DNA from: an uncultured Spirochaetales bacterium | GTDB taxonomy: Bacteria > Spirochaetota > Spirochaetia > Treponematales > Breznakiellaceae | Assembly: GCA_964492245.1 (NCBI GenBank) | Contig: CAZBJJ010000005.1 | Span: 7,862-71,861, forward strand | Direction of reading: 5' to 3' | DNA: 64,000 bases | Shown here: positions 25,504 to 35,658 of the stretch, piece by piece | Position numbering within the stretch: position 1 is the stretch's first letter | Layout: every line of letters starts with the position of its first letter | Program-made: the position numbers and the translations under genes | Notes under the pieces: model-generated | Seen by the model: only the letters and a program-made list of their open reading frames with translations | Databases searched by the model: none | What the model was told of the DNA's origin: nothing

Positions 25504-26850
25504 ATGGATAAGAATATTTTTATAGAAGGGCTGGCCAAAAAAGCCTTCGAGGCCTCGCAGGTTAATAGTGAGCTGTATGCTCGCTACGATGTAAAGCGGG
25601 GCCTACGAGATATAAACGGCAAGGGGGTCCTGGCCGGGCTCACCCAAATTGGGGATGTCCTGGCCCACACCGAAACCCCCGAAGGCACAATGGACGGGCC
25701 AGGCAGTTTGCTGTACCGGGGAATCGAAATAAACGAGCTGGTAAATGGCTTTCTTAAAGAAAAGCGCAATGGCTTTGAAGAAACCGCCTACCTCCTGCTC
25801 TTTGGCAATCTGCCCAATGCCCAGACCCTGGCCGATTTTCAGGAATTGCTGTACAGCCAGCGCAGCCTTCCCCAGGACTTTATTCACGATTCAATGCTTA
25901 AACTGCCCAGCCGCGACATAATGAACGGCATGGCGCAGTCTATTCTTTCGCTGTACACCCTCGACGAAAACCCAGAGGCCACCGACATTCCCAATGTGGT
26001 AAATCAGTCACTTAAATTGATAGCCCTCTTCCCCATTATTACCGCCTATTGCTACCGCGCCTACGCCTATCGTTTCCAGGGAAAGAGCCTTATCCTACAT
26101 CCACCATCAGAAAAATTATCTACCGCGGCCAATTTTTTACGGATGCTGCGCAAGGACAAGGCCTGGACGCCCCTGGAGGAACGCATTTTAGACCTTACCC
26201 TCGTCCTCCATGCCGAACATGGCGGGGGCAATAACTCCTCCTTTACCACCCACGTGGTAAGCTCCAGCCTTACCGACACCTACTCGGCAATAACAGCGGC
26301 ACTTTCTTCTTTAAAGGGACCCCGCCATGGAGGGGCGAATATCCGCGTTATTCAGATGTTCGAAGACATCAAGAAAAACGTAAAAAACTGGGCAAGCGAC
26401 GAGGAGATAGAGGACTATATCGACAAAATAATTTCGAAGGAGGCCTTCGACCGCACGGGCCTGGTTTACGGCATTGGCCATGCAGTGTATTCAGTTTCCG
26501 ACCCGCGGGCCATAATTATGAGCCACCACGTCGAGGAGCTGGCCAAGGAAAAGGGCATGGAAGAAGAACTGGACCTCTACCGCCGCGTGGAGCGCATTGC
26601 CCCAGCTGTAATTGGGCACCGCCGGAAAATTTATAAGGGGGTGAGCGCAAATGTGGACTTCTATTCGGGGCTCCTTTACCGCATGTTAAATATTCCCCAT
26701 GAGCTTTTTACACCCATTTTTGCAATATCCAGAATTGTGGGCTGGAGTGCTCACCGTATCGAAGAGCTCGCCAACAATGGCAAGATTATTCGTCCGGCAT
26801 ATATGGGAGTAGCCCCACATACAAGTTATATTCCAATGGATCAGCGATAA
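25504..26850 (+). CDS. gltA: Citrate synthase
   Basis: LVLHAEHGGGNNSSFTTHVVSSSLTDTYSAITAALSSLKGPRHGGAN and GIGHAVY / VDFYSG are citrate synthase signature blocks. Confidence 0.9.
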   Translation: MDKNIFIEGLAKKAFEASQVNSELYARYDVKRGLRDINGKGVLAGLTQIGDVLAHTETPEGTMDGPGSLLYRGIEINELVNGFLKEKRNGFEETAYLLLFGNLPNAQTLADFQELLYSQRSLPQDFIHDSMLKLPSRDIMNGMAQSILSLYTLDENPEATDIPNVVNQSLKLIALFPIITAYCYRAYAYRFQGKSLILHPPSEKLSTAANFLRMLRKDKAWTPLEERILDLTLVLHAEHGGGNNSSFTTHVVSSSLTDTYSAITAALSSLKGPRHGGANIRVIQMFEDIKKNVKNWASDEEIEDYIDKIISKEAFDRTGLVYGIGHAVYSVSDPRAIIMSHHVEELAKEKGMEEELDLYRRVERIAPAVIGHRRKIYKGVSANVDFYSGLLYRMLNIPHELFTPIFAISRIVGWSAHRIEELANNGKIIRPAYMGVAPHTSYIPMDQR

Positions 26851-26854
26851 AAAA

Positions 26855-26881
26855 ACAGCCCCTTAAGGGGCTGTTTTTTTA
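26855..26881. terminator. Bidirectional intrinsic terminator between convergent genes
   Basis: A-run, then ACAGCCCC-TTAA-GGGGCTGT (26855-26874), then T-run. It overlaps the stop codon of the minus-strand methyltransferase gene. Confidence 0.85.
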
Positions 26882-27631
26882 TCGCCAAGCGGTACAGATT
26901 AATCCGAGGTCCGTGCCCGTGTACTCGGGACTTTTAAAAGAATCCTTAAACTGCACAGTCGAAAAACCGGATGTTAAAAGGTATTGCTCCAATTCGTCTG
27001 CCTTTATCGGATACAGGCTCAACCTATCTTGGAAGACCAATTGCTGAGAAGACGAAAACAAGCTTGATTCATAATCAATGTAACCATCGCTGCGGTGCGT
27101 ATACAGGCGTTCGAATCTGCTTCGCTGGGTTTCAATACTTGGCAGGCGTTCAATTTTTTCGGCCAGAATTCTTTCGTAATTGACAAGCTCAATTATTATG
27201 CAGCCATTCTTTTTAGTAAGCAGGCGCATATCGTTTAAAAAAGCTTGAATTTTTTCCCCGCCTCTCAAGCTGGCCAGGATATTTGACAGGCAAAGGACCA
27301 TGTCGAAGCTCTCCTTTGCCAGAATTTTGCCAGCTTCCAACATGCCCATGCGAAAAAAACGGGCGCTGGTACGGGGTTCGGGGTTGCGCCGGCAGGCACT
27401 TTGAATAAATGGCACATTGTCGTCGATGCCGGTTACATCAATATTGTGGCGCATCAATTGAATGGCGAAGTTCCCATTGCCACAGCCCATATCCAAAACG
27501 CGTGGCAATACGTCTTGGACATCATTATTTAACTGTGTCGAAAGTAAATTTAAAATAAATTGTATTTTTTCATCGCTCACTGGAAAGAGCTCGTCGTAAT
27601 ATTCCAGTAGCGATTCATATATGCTGGTCAT
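26879..27631 (-). CDS. Class I SAM-dependent methyltransferase
   Basis: Motif I VLDMGCGNGNFAIQL, with post-I and motif II spacing typical of small-molecule methyltransferases. Confidence 0.75.
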   Translation of the reverse strand: MTSIYESLLEYYDELFPVSDEKIQFILNLLSTQLNNDVQDVLPRVLDMGCGNGNFAIQLMRHNIDVTGIDDNVPFIQSACRRNPEPRTSARFFRMGMLEAGKILAKESFDMVLCLSNILASLRGGEKIQAFLNDMRLLTKKNGCIIIELVNYERILAEKIERLPSIETQRSRFERLYTHRSDGYIDYESSLFSSSQQLVFQDRLSLYPIKADELEQYLLTSGFSTVQFKDSFKSPEYTGTDLGLICTAWR

Positions 27632-27704
27632 TAAGCATCCCCCCTTTATTCACTATCTTAGACTAAATCCGAGAAAATGTCATGCATAATGGGGGAATGC
27701 TATG

Positions 27705-28190
27705 TTATTTCCCACAGCAGTGTTTGTATTTGCGCCCGCTGCCACAGGCACAGGGCTCGTTGCGACCCTGTTTTGGATTATCGCGCACAATGGTGGTAGG
27801 GGTAATTGAACCATCATCATACATCCATTTGCCATCGACTTTCTTAAAGCTTGCATTTTCGCGGTGGTCGTCGCGCAGCCCATTCATGCGTGAAGAGGCA
27901 ATAAATTCTACGGTGCCCTCGCTATCGTTTGGCCCCCCCTTGGTGCTGCTTAGGATTTTTAGGCCCAGCCAGGTGGAATCGGCGCTCCAACGGCGGGTCT
28001 GTTCCCGGTCTATATCTCGTTTTCCATCGCTGATACAGGTATCAATTATGTAGTCGATTGCCTGGGTGGCGTAGGCCGAATAGCGGCTGCGCATAAGGGC
28101 CTCGGCTGTCGGTGGATTGTTTTTTCCCAATATATAGGGTTCGCAACAGGCATTAAAGGTCTTGCCCGAGCCACAGGGGCAGGTGCTCAT
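27705..28190 (-). CDS. ychJ: YchJ family protein (UPF0225) with SEC-C motifs at both ends
   Basis: GAGGAG RBS before ATG 28190. N-terminal [13 protein letters not shown] and C-terminal [14 protein letters not shown] flank an NTF2-like core. Confidence 0.8.
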   Translation of the reverse strand: MSTCPCGSGKTFNACCEPYILGKNNPPTAEALMRSRYSAYATQAIDYIIDTCISDGKRDIDREQTRRWSADSTWLGLKILSSTKGGPNDSEGTVEFIASSRMNGLRDDHRENASFKKVDGKWMYDDGSITPTTIVRDNPKQGRNEPCACGSGRKYKHCCGK

Positions 28191-28215
28191 AGTTTTTTCT
28201 CCTCTTGTGTTTCTA

Positions 28216-29253
28216 TTATTCCCCAATTCTAATGGCTTGCCAAGCTCTATTGTATCTCTCCAATTCTTCGCCAAGATCCTCTTTTAGCTCGGTGTGAATG
28301 AGTTCTTCGGCTTGGTATAGCGGGGTCTTTTTTAGTAGTTGGCGAGCAGGAATGTTTGCGGTGGCGGGAAAGCCAAAAAAGTCGCAAAATTCAGCGTAAT
28401 TATCGGGGCGGTGAATAAAATCTATAAACTTATGCGCAAGGCCTGGATTTCGGCCGCCTTTTAAAAGAACCATATAGTCGATATAGGCCGGTCCCCCTTC
28501 TTCGGGAATAAAAAAGTCGACATCGGCCCATTGGCCTTCGGCAATTTCTTCGTAAACTACTTCGGCATAGCCTTGAACGACCCAAAATTCGCCGGAGGCA
28601 AAGCCCTTGCCAAAGGCCTCGGCATCGAATTTAGTTAAATTCGGCTTCCAAGATTTTATTACCAGGTCCTTTGCGGCATCAATTTCTGCCGGATTCGTGC
28701 TATTTACCGAATAGCCAAGGCTTACCAGGGCATCGCCCATAACTTCGCGCATGTCGTCGAGCATGGTCATCTTGCCTTTTAGGTCGGGCTGGGAAAAAAT
28801 ACTCCAGTTGCGCGGATAATTGGCTACCTTTTTTTTATTTACTGCAATGCCTGCGGCACCAAAATAATAGGGCACAGAATATTCCATGTTGGGATCGAAG
28901 CGAGTTTTTTCCAACACGATGGGGTCTATATTGCCCAGATTGGCAAGTTGATGGTGATCCACTTTTTCCAGCATGCCTTCGCGCATCATTATCGATACAT
29001 AGTCGGCAGAGGGAAAGGTAATATCGTAGCCCGAACCCCCAGCTTTGAGCTTTGCAAACATCTCTTCGTTGGAGGCAAAGGAGTCGTAGTAGACCTTTAC
29101 GCCGTATTCTGCCTCGAATTTTTTAATAACCGAATCTGGAGTGTAGTAGGTCCAATTGTAGACATAGAGTTTTTCTTTTTTCGAGCAAGATGCCAGCGAA
29201 AAAACCGAAAGGCCCAGCAGGCCTGCGAGAATGACAAGGCGTACATTTTTCAT
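28216..29253 (-). CDS. potD: Spermidine/putrescine ABC transporter substrate-binding lipoprotein
   Basis: AAGGAGG RBS before ATG 29253. Lipobox [30 protein letters not shown] and overall PotD/PotF-like sequence. It is the last gene of the pot operon. Confidence 0.85.
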   Translation of the reverse strand: MKNVRLVILAGLLGLSVFSLASCSKKEKLYVYNWTYYTPDSVIKKFEAEYGVKVYYDSFASNEEMFAKLKAGGSGYDITFPSADYVSIMMREGMLEKVDHHQLANLGNIDPIVLEKTRFDPNMEYSVPYYFGAAGIAVNKKKVANYPRNWSIFSQPDLKGKMTMLDDMREVMGDALVSLGYSVNSTNPAEIDAAKDLVIKSWKPNLTKFDAEAFGKGFASGEFWVVQGYAEVVYEEIAEGQWADVDFFIPEEGGPAYIDYMVLLKGGRNPGLAHKFIDFIHRPDNYAEFCDFFGFPATANIPARQLLKKTPLYQAEELIHTELKEDLGEELERYNRAWQAIRIGE

Positions 29254-29293
29254 AGTAGATAGCCTCCTTAAGTATAAAATCCCCATACAGGGC

Positions 29294-30160
29294 TTATTTT
29301 GCAGCAATGTATTTGAGAAAATTTCTGAGCGAATAGGTAAGCAGGACCGTCCCCAAAATAAGCACCACCGAAAGGGCATTTATTACCGGTGATACGCCAA
29401 AGCGTATGGCCGAATACACGTATAGGGGCAGGGTGGTAGAGCCGGGTCCAGAGACAAAAAAAGTGATGACAAAGTCTTCTAAAGAAAGGGTTACCGCTGT
29501 TAAAAAGCCAGAGACGATGCCGGGCATACAGAGGGGTACAATGACCTTTAACAGGGTCTGCCCCTCGTTTGCCCCTAGGTCGTGCGCGGCCTCGATAATT
29601 GAATAATCGAACTCATCTAGGCGGGCCATGACCATTAAAAACACAAAGGGCAAATTAAAGCTGGTGTGGGCAATAAAAATAGTTACCAGTCCCAGACGCA
29701 GGCCAATGCCGGCAAAGAAGACCAAAAGCGAAATGCCAATAATAATCTCGGGAAGAATCATGGGTAAAAAGGTCAGGGCCCGGACATAATTTTTAAAGCG
29801 AAAGCGATACCAGCTTACTCCCACGGCAGCGAGGCTGCCTAAAACAGTGGCGGTGGCCGCCGAAGAAAAGGCTATAATGGCCGAGTTGGCAAAGGCGCGC
29901 CAGAGTGGGCCCGAGTCGAAAAAAAGTTTGCCGTACCATTTAAAGGAAAAGCCGGTCCAGTTCATTCCCTTCGAACTGTTAAACGAATAAAGCACTAAGA
30001 CGAAGAGGGGCATAAAAAGAAATACCATGGATGCAATAAACATGGTCTGGGAAAACGAAAATATAGGTCTGCTGGCCCTGCGCCAGGCCCTTTTAGCGTG
30101 GCGGGCAGCCTCGGTTTTGGGCTTTTTGCGGTTGTTGCTCAAGAGGCTTAAAAGGTTCAC
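29294..30160 (-). CDS. potC: Spermidine/putrescine ABC transporter permease
   Basis: YSFNSSKGMNWTGFSFKWY and the EAAHDLGANEGQTLLKVIVP (EAA loop) match PotC. The GTG start overlaps the potB stop (GTGA). An internal ATG at 30043 is an alternative start. Confidence 0.85.
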   Translation of the reverse strand: MNLLSLLSNNRKKPKTEAARHAKRAWRRASRPIFSFSQTMFIASMVFLFMPLFVLVLYSFNSSKGMNWTGFSFKWYGKLFFDSGPLWRAFANSAIIAFSSAATATVLGSLAAVGVSWYRFRFKNYVRALTFLPMILPEIIIGISLLVFFAGIGLRLGLVTIFIAHTSFNLPFVFLMVMARLDEFDYSIIEAAHDLGANEGQTLLKVIVPLCMPGIVSGFLTAVTLSLEDFVITFFVSGPGSTTLPLYVYSAIRFGVSPVINALSVVLILGTVLLTYSLRNFLKYIAAK

Positions 30161-31116
30161 TGTATGGCTCCTAATGTGCTGTCGCGGGCCTGCGCGCTGT
30201 CGGCTTGGGCCCGCGCGCTGTCGGCCTGGCTCTGTTCAAGGGCCTTGGAGGATTCCCGCCCCTGAAGCTTGAGCATAAGCAGGACCCCAGCGGTGGTCAC
30301 CGCGGTAATAACCATGGAAATAGAGGAGGCCAAGGGCCAATTCTTTGTCTTGGTAACCTGATCGGCAATAAAGTTTCCGAGCATATAGGAGTCCATGCCG
30401 CCAACTAAAAGGGGAACAGCATAGGCGCCAAAAATGGGGATAAAGGTAAAAAGAAAGGCGGTAAAAATGCCGCTTTTAATATTGGGCAAAAGCGTTTTGC
30501 GCATGGCACAGCTTTTGCTGGCGCCCAGGTCGCGGGCCGCCTCGAGGAGGGAGAAATCAAACTTATCTATAGTAGAAAACAGGGGCAAAATGGCATAGGG
30601 CAGGTACATATAGACCAAGACAAGAATAACTGTTCCGGGGCGGTTTAAAAAGGCAATTCCCTCTTTAAGTAGCCCAATGCGAATAAGAATATCATTTAGA
30701 AACCCATTTGTACCCAAAATGGCAATCCAGGCGTAGACGCGAATTAAAAAATTTGTCCAAAAGGGAATGATAACCAAAAGGAGTAAGAGGGTTTGATTTT
30801 TACTGCGGGCCATAAAATAGCCACAGGGCAGGGCCAAGAAGATGGTTATTAGGGTGGCAATGCTGGCGTAGGCCAATGTTTTTAGGGCAATGGCGGCAAA
30901 AACGGGGTTTATAAGGGCTCGGTATGCCTCCAGCGAAAATGTTGGCTGCACGCCCCCATAGAGGTCTCGCTTTAAAAAACTGTAGACAATTATTATAAGC
31001 AGCGGGGCGGTAAAAAAAAGGCTCAGCCAAAGGGCGGTGGGCCCGGCATAAATAGTGCCCAGGCTACTGCCACCTGCAGGCTTTTGGCTATGACTTTGCA
31101 ATTTTTTTGCAGCCAT
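30157..31116 (-). CDS. potB: Spermidine/putrescine ABC transporter permease with a repeat-containing C-terminal tail
   Basis: EAA loop LEAARDLGASKSCAMRKTLLP and six TM segments. The start overlaps the potA stop by 1 nt (TAATG). Confidence 0.85.
   Translation of the reverse strand: MAAKKLQSHSQKPAGGSSLGTIYAGPTALWLSLFFTAPLLIIIVYSFLKRDLYGGVQPTFSLEAYRALINPVFAAIALKTLAYASIATLITIFLALPCGYFMARSKNQTLLLLLVIIPFWTNFLIRVYAWIAILGTNGFLNDILIRIGLLKEGIAFLNRPGTVILVLVYMYLPYAILPLFSTIDKFDFSLLEAARDLGASKSCAMRKTLLPNIKSGIFTAFLFTFIPIFGAYAVPLLVGGMDSYMLGNFIADQVTKTKNWPLASSISMVITAVTTAGVLLMLKLQGRESSKALEQSQADSARAQADSAQARDSTLGAIQ
30178..30237. repeat. Imperfect GC-rich tandem repeat (units of 18, 21 and 21 bp) encoding the potB tail QADSARAQADSAQARDS
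   Basis: gctgtcgcgggcctgcgc / gctgtcggcttgggcccgcgc / gctgtcggcctggctctgttc on the plus strand. Confidence 0.7.
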
Positions 31117-32246
31117 TATTCAATTACCTTTACGATATAGCCATCGTCGGCGCTCCACGAAAGAAAAACTTCGTCCTTCCAAAGAATTTTGGGTCCCTCG
31201 TCGGAGTAATTGGCATGCTGTTTAAACACTTTAAAAAGAAAGCCTTTCGGGCTATTGCCAAAGCGCACATAGAATTTACTTTGGAAGCCAGAATAAATGG
31301 GCTCGTCCACAGTACCACGGCGTATATTTATATTGCTTTTGCGTGAACGGGGTTCGTCGGTGCTTATAAGAACTTTTTCGGGGCGCACGGTATAGCAAAC
31401 TTTTTGCCCCCTCTCGATCGGGTCCACCGTGGTAACAAGGACATCGCCTAACTCGGGAATGTCCAAGCAGGCCATAAGTTCGCCACCCTCTGTTGGCTCG
31501 ATGCTCTTTACCAGGCCCTCGAAGAGGTTTGTCTCCCCAATAAATTTAGCAACAAAGGGATCGGCCGGGCTTTCGTATATTTCGTGGGGACTGCCCACCT
31601 GCAAAAGCTTGCCCTGGGACATCACAGCAATGCGGTCCGATACGGACAGGGCCTCTTGCTGGTCGTGGGTCACGTATATAAAGGTAATGCCAATTTGATC
31701 GTGTATATGGTCGAGCTCTATAAGCATGTGCTGGCGCAGTTTGGCATCGAGGGCAGAAAGTGGTTCATCTAATAAAAGGACCCGTGGCTCGTTTATAAGC
31801 GCTCGCGCAATTGCAACGCGCTGTTTCTGCCCACCAGAGAGCTGGTTTGGCCTTTTGTGCCCGTGCCCTTCCAGTTCCACTAGGCGTATATAGCTGTTTA
31901 CGCTCTCCCTTATTTTTTTTTCCGACTCCTTGCGCAGACGCAGAGGAAAGGCAATGTTTTCGAAGACGGTCAGGTGAGGAAAGAGGGCATAGTTTTGAAA
32001 CACCGTGTTAAGTGGGCGTTTGTTCGGCGGAATGGGCAGCATGTTGCTTCCATCTAAAAGAACCAGACCGGTATCGGGTTGCTCGAAGCCAGCAATAATC
32101 CGTAAAAGTGTGGTTTTGCCACAGCCGGATGGGCCAAGAAGGGAGAAAAACTCCCCCTTATGAATGTCGAGGTCAATGTCCTTTAGCACCTTATAATCGC
32201 CAAAGGTCTTTGAAAGCCCTCTTATGGATACATCGCTTCCTTTCAA
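31116..32246 (-). CDS. potA: Spermidine/putrescine ABC transporter ATPase
   Basis: Walker [15 protein letters not shown], signature [15 protein letters not shown], Walker B VLLLDEP, and a C-terminal TOBE-like domain. TTG start at 32246. Confidence 0.9.
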   Translation of the reverse strand: MKGSDVSIRGLSKTFGDYKVLKDIDLDIHKGEFFSLLGPSGCGKTTLLRIIAGFEQPDTGLVLLDGSNMLPIPPNKRPLNTVFQNYALFPHLTVFENIAFPLRLRKESEKKIRESVNSYIRLVELEGHGHKRPNQLSGGQKQRVAIARALINEPRVLLLDEPLSALDAKLRQHMLIELDHIHDQIGITFIYVTHDQQEALSVSDRIAVMSQGKLLQVGSPHEIYESPADPFVAKFIGETNLFEGLVKSIEPTEGGELMACLDIPELGDVLVTTVDPIERGQKVCYTVRPEKVLISTDEPRSRKSNINIRRGTVDEPIYSGFQSKFYVRFGNSPKGFLFKVFKQHANYSDEGPKILWKDEVFLSWSADDGYIVKVIE

Positions 32247-32412
32247 TGATGCCCCTTCAACCTCCCTTTATACCGATAAATATTCTAAATGAATTTATCG
32301 AACAATGTATATTTTTTACCGATTTGTCAATCTATTAAATGGGCGAAAGGCCAATGTTTTCTCGACAAAAAAGGTATCCCGTGTTAGGATAAAAAAATTG
32401 AGGAGCAACAAG

Positions 32413-34674
32413 TTGGACTTAGAAAAATCTGTGTCATTAAATTCTTCTCGTCTTGCCTTGCCAAGCAGTTTGTTTGCCATAAACATGGTAAATATGCTGC
32501 CAAATCCCGCCTTTTGCAAGGATGTAGAAGGGCTGTATACCGCCTGCAATAGCGCCTGGGCCAGCCTGGCCGGGAGAGAGCAGGCTGATATTCTGGGCCG
32601 TTGCGATGCAGAATTTTTACCGCGCAGCATTGCGCGCCGTATTTCGATACAAGAAAAAGAATTACTTATAACTGGCCTGCCCCAGTCCCAGGAATTCAGA
32701 TTGTCCAATGGAGAGCGGGGCGATGCCGTTATTCGCATACAGCGTTCCCTTATTCTCGATACATCTGGCCAGGTTTTGGGCATTTTAGGTATTTGCACCG
32801 ATCTGACCGAGAGCAAACGGCGCGAAGAAGAGCGGGCTTCGATAAATATTATGGCTGCCGCTGCGGAAATGTCCATAATGACCATCGAGGGCATGATAGA
32901 CCCCGTTATTATTTTGGAATCCGATGGCATGATTGAGCGGGTAAACAAGGGATACCGGGAACTTACCGGGAAAAAGCCTCCTGCCCTCGGTAGCTCGCTT
33001 ACCGCCATCTTGCCCGAATTGAGCGAAGAGGAAATTCAGGGCTATTTGCACACCTGTCGCACAGAAGGGCGGGTGCGCGATATTGTCAGCCATTTGGAGC
33101 ACCAAGATGGCAGAACAATTCAAATGCTGGTAAACATCTCGATTTTGCGCGATTCCCGCCGGTCGATAGACGGCTTTGTCGTAGTTCTGCGCGATGTCTC
33201 CAGCCTGGTGGAGGCAAAAGAGCGCCTTAAAACAATTATAAATGCCTCCGAAGATGCTGTCGCCCTTGTCGATACCTCGTATTCCATCCTTGCCGCAAAC
33301 AAAACGCTGGCCACACGGGTAGCTATCAGTTTGGAAGAACTGGAAAAAAAATCCTGGCTCCAAATAGGGAATTCACTACAGAACAGGGAGCGGGAGCTGT
33401 TTATTAAAGATATTGTCGACAGTCGGGAGTCGAAATCGCGGGAGTTCAGCAATACCAATCGCATCTATGTGGACAGTGGTGTGCCTCTTTTCGATAGCCA
33501 GGGCCTTGTTAAAGAGGTGGCTCTTTTTTCGCGCGATATAACCGAGCAAAAGCAGTCCGAATCCCTCCAGCGGGCCCTGTACAGTATTTCCGAGGCCGCC
33601 TATTTTGCCAAGGATATGGACAATCTGTACCGCATGGTGCACCGGATTATAAGCCGCCTCATTCCCGCCGACAATTTTATGATTGGGCTAATAAACACTA
33701 AAACGGGGAGTTTGGACTGCCCCTTTCAAATTGATGAATACCTAACCGCTGGCGTGGCTACCCATCTGTTTAGCGAACACCAGATTAAAGACCCCCTGGC
33801 CGAACATGTTTTTGCAAAGGGAAAACCGGTTTTCTATCGGGACGAAGAGCTGGAAGTCCTGGCAAAGGCAGGTGTAATTGATACAGCCAACCCCATCCCC
33901 CGCCAGTGCATTGGGGTGCCTCTTTCGAATGCCGAGGGAGCCTCGATAGGCGTAGTGCTGGTGCGCATTTACAATACCAGTCAGGCCTATAACGACGAGG
34001 ACCGCAGAATACTCAATTTTGTGTCCTCGCAAATTGCCATGGCCATTGAAAGAAAAAAACGCGAAGAGGCGCTTACCAGTAGCAATGCCCTTTTAAAAAG
34101 AGTTACCGACGGCACTATTTTGGCCCTGGTAAAGGCGGTGGAATTGCGCGACCCCTATACCGCTGGGCACCAGCAGCGGGTGGCAAAAATAGCCCAGGCC
34201 ATTGCGCGGGAAATGAATTTAGAGGAGAGCCGGATCGAGGCAATACATGTGGCGGCCCTACTCCACGACATTGGCAAAATATCGGTTCCCTCCGAGCTAC
34301 TGGCAAAACCCGGGGCGCTCTCTCCCTTAGAATTCGAGCTCATTCGCCAGCACCCCATTACCTCTTCGGACCTCCTTTCTTCTATAGAGTTTAACTACCC
34401 CATACGCCGCTACGTGCTGGAGCACCATGAAAAAATTGATGGCTCGGGCTATCCCAATGGACTAAAAGGCGAGCAGATTAGCCTAGAGGGCAGAATAATC
34501 TGTGTTGCCGACGTCGTCGATGCAATGGCCTCGCACAGGCCGTATCGGCCTTCCATGGGGCAGCTTTTGGCAATCGAAGAAATTCGCGAACATGCGGGTA
34601 CCCTGTACGATGCAGAGGTCTCGCGGGCCTTTTTCCGTGTGTATGAGCGGGGCAACCTAGATCTAGATTTCTAA
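32413..34674 (+). CDS. PAS-PAS-PAS-GAF-HD-GYP protein (c-di-GMP phosphodiesterase type)
   Basis: HQQRVAKIAQAIA, LLHDIGKISVP and HHEKIDGSGYPNGL define HD-GYP. Upstream are PAS-like repeats and a GAF-like segment. The start is uncertain. I favour TTG 32413 (GAGGAG 7 nt upstream) over the track start at 32305. Confidence 0.85.
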   Translation: MDLEKSVSLNSSRLALPSSLFAINMVNMLPNPAFCKDVEGLYTACNSAWASLAGREQADILGRCDAEFLPRSIARRISIQEKELLITGLPQSQEFRLSNGERGDAVIRIQRSLILDTSGQVLGILGICTDLTESKRREEERASINIMAAAAEMSIMTIEGMIDPVIILESDGMIERVNKGYRELTGKKPPALGSSLTAILPELSEEEIQGYLHTCRTEGRVRDIVSHLEHQDGRTIQMLVNISILRDSRRSIDGFVVVLRDVSSLVEAKERLKTIINASEDAVALVDTSYSILAANKTLATRVAISLEELEKKSWLQIGNSLQNRERELFIKDIVDSRESKSREFSNTNRIYVDSGVPLFDSQGLVKEVALFSRDITEQKQSESLQRALYSISEAAYFAKDMDNLYRMVHRIISRLIPADNFMIGLINTKTGSLDCPFQIDEYLTAGVATHLFSEHQIKDPLAEHVFAKGKPVFYRDEELEVLAKAGVIDTANPIPRQCIGVPLSNAEGASIGVVLVRIYNTSQAYNDEDRRILNFVSSQIAMAIERKKREEALTSSNALLKRVTDGTILALVKAVELRDPYTAGHQQRVAKIAQAIAREMNLEESRIEAIHVAALLHDIGKISVPSELLAKPGALSPLEFELIRQHPITSSDLLSSIEFNYPIRRYVLEHHEKIDGSGYPNGLKGEQISLEGRIICVADVVDAMASHRPYRPSMGQLLAIEEIREHAGTLYDAEVSRAFFRVYERGNLDLDF

Positions 34675-34722
34675 ATTTTTTTCCACTGGTCAGACGGGCT
34701 TTTATTGCCTACATTAGTAGGT

Positions 34723-35586
34723 ATGGAAAAGAAAATTCGCAGGCTGGCTTTGGCCGCACAGAAAAACGAGATAACCGAGTACTATGTGTACATGGGCCTT
34801 GCCCGCCTGAGCAAGAACCCGGGGAATGCAAAGATATTGCAAGAGATTGGCGAGGCCGAAAGGCGCCACGCAAATTGGTGGCAAGAGAGGACCGGGGTGC
34901 AGATGCATGCCTCCCAGTGGAAGGTGTTTAAGACCATTTTGCAGGCGCGCATATTGGGCCTTACCTTTGTGCTTAAACGCATGGAAAAAAACGAGGGCAC
35001 GGCATCTAAGAATTATTTAAAACTGGCCGAACATTTTCCCGAGCTTACAAAACTGAGCGAAGAAGAGGCCGAACACGAAAAAAGCCTTTTAAACATGCTC
35101 GACGAGGAGCGCCTGCAGTATGTGGGCTCGATAGTCCTGGGCCTGAACGACGCATTGGTTGAACTTACCGGAGCCCTGGCGGGCTTTACCCTTGCGCTTG
35201 CCGATAACAAGCTAATTACCCTTGCAGGCCTTGTAACTGGGATTTCGGCCTCGTTTTCCATGGCGGCCTCCGACTTCCTGGCCTCGCGCGCCGAGGGAGA
35301 CCCAAAGGCCGGAAAATCTGCACTGTATACCGGCTTTGCCTATCTTATTACGGTTTTTTTAATGATCCTCCCCTATCTTTTGCTGGACAACGCCTATATC
35401 AGCTTGGCAATTACCCTGGCAATTGTGGTTATTATTATTTTTGCCTTTAACTATTATCTGTCGGTGGCCAAGGATTTAAACTTTAAGCACCGTTTTTTCG
35501 AGATGAGCGCAATTAGCCTTGGGGTGGCAGCCTTTTCCTTTGGCATATCCTATCTCTTAAAGCAGCTTTTAGGGATAGATATTTAA
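34723..35586 (+). CDS. Ferritin-like (erythrin) domain fused to a VIT1/CCC1 membrane domain, MbfA-like iron exporter
   Basis: N-terminal EITEYYVYMGLARL...EAERRHANWW and EEAEHEKSL (di-iron ligand-like E..H pairs). C-terminal GLNDALVELTGALAGF plus TM helices typical of VIT1. Confidence 0.75.
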   Translation: MEKKIRRLALAAQKNEITEYYVYMGLARLSKNPGNAKILQEIGEAERRHANWWQERTGVQMHASQWKVFKTILQARILGLTFVLKRMEKNEGTASKNYLKLAEHFPELTKLSEEEAEHEKSLLNMLDEERLQYVGSIVLGLNDALVELTGALAGFTLALADNKLITLAGLVTGISASFSMAASDFLASRAEGDPKAGKSALYTGFAYLITVFLMILPYLLLDNAYISLAITLAIVVIIIFAFNYYLSVAKDLNFKHRFFEMSAISLGVAAFSFGISYLLKQLLGIDI

Positions 35587-35658
35587 AAGGTAAATATAAG
35601 GCAAAATATTCCGATAGCTAGTTTTTTAGGTAGGCTATTAGGTTAAAAAGGATTTTTA

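Noticed and set aside
32316-33363. Antisense ORFs of 230 aa and 192 aa opposite the PAS region of the HD-GYP gene. Similar antisense ORFs lie opposite pyrD (42006..42575) and the M20 peptidase (47279..47857).
   Set aside because: None has a recognisable motif or an RBS. Each lies fully within a well-supported CDS on the other strand.
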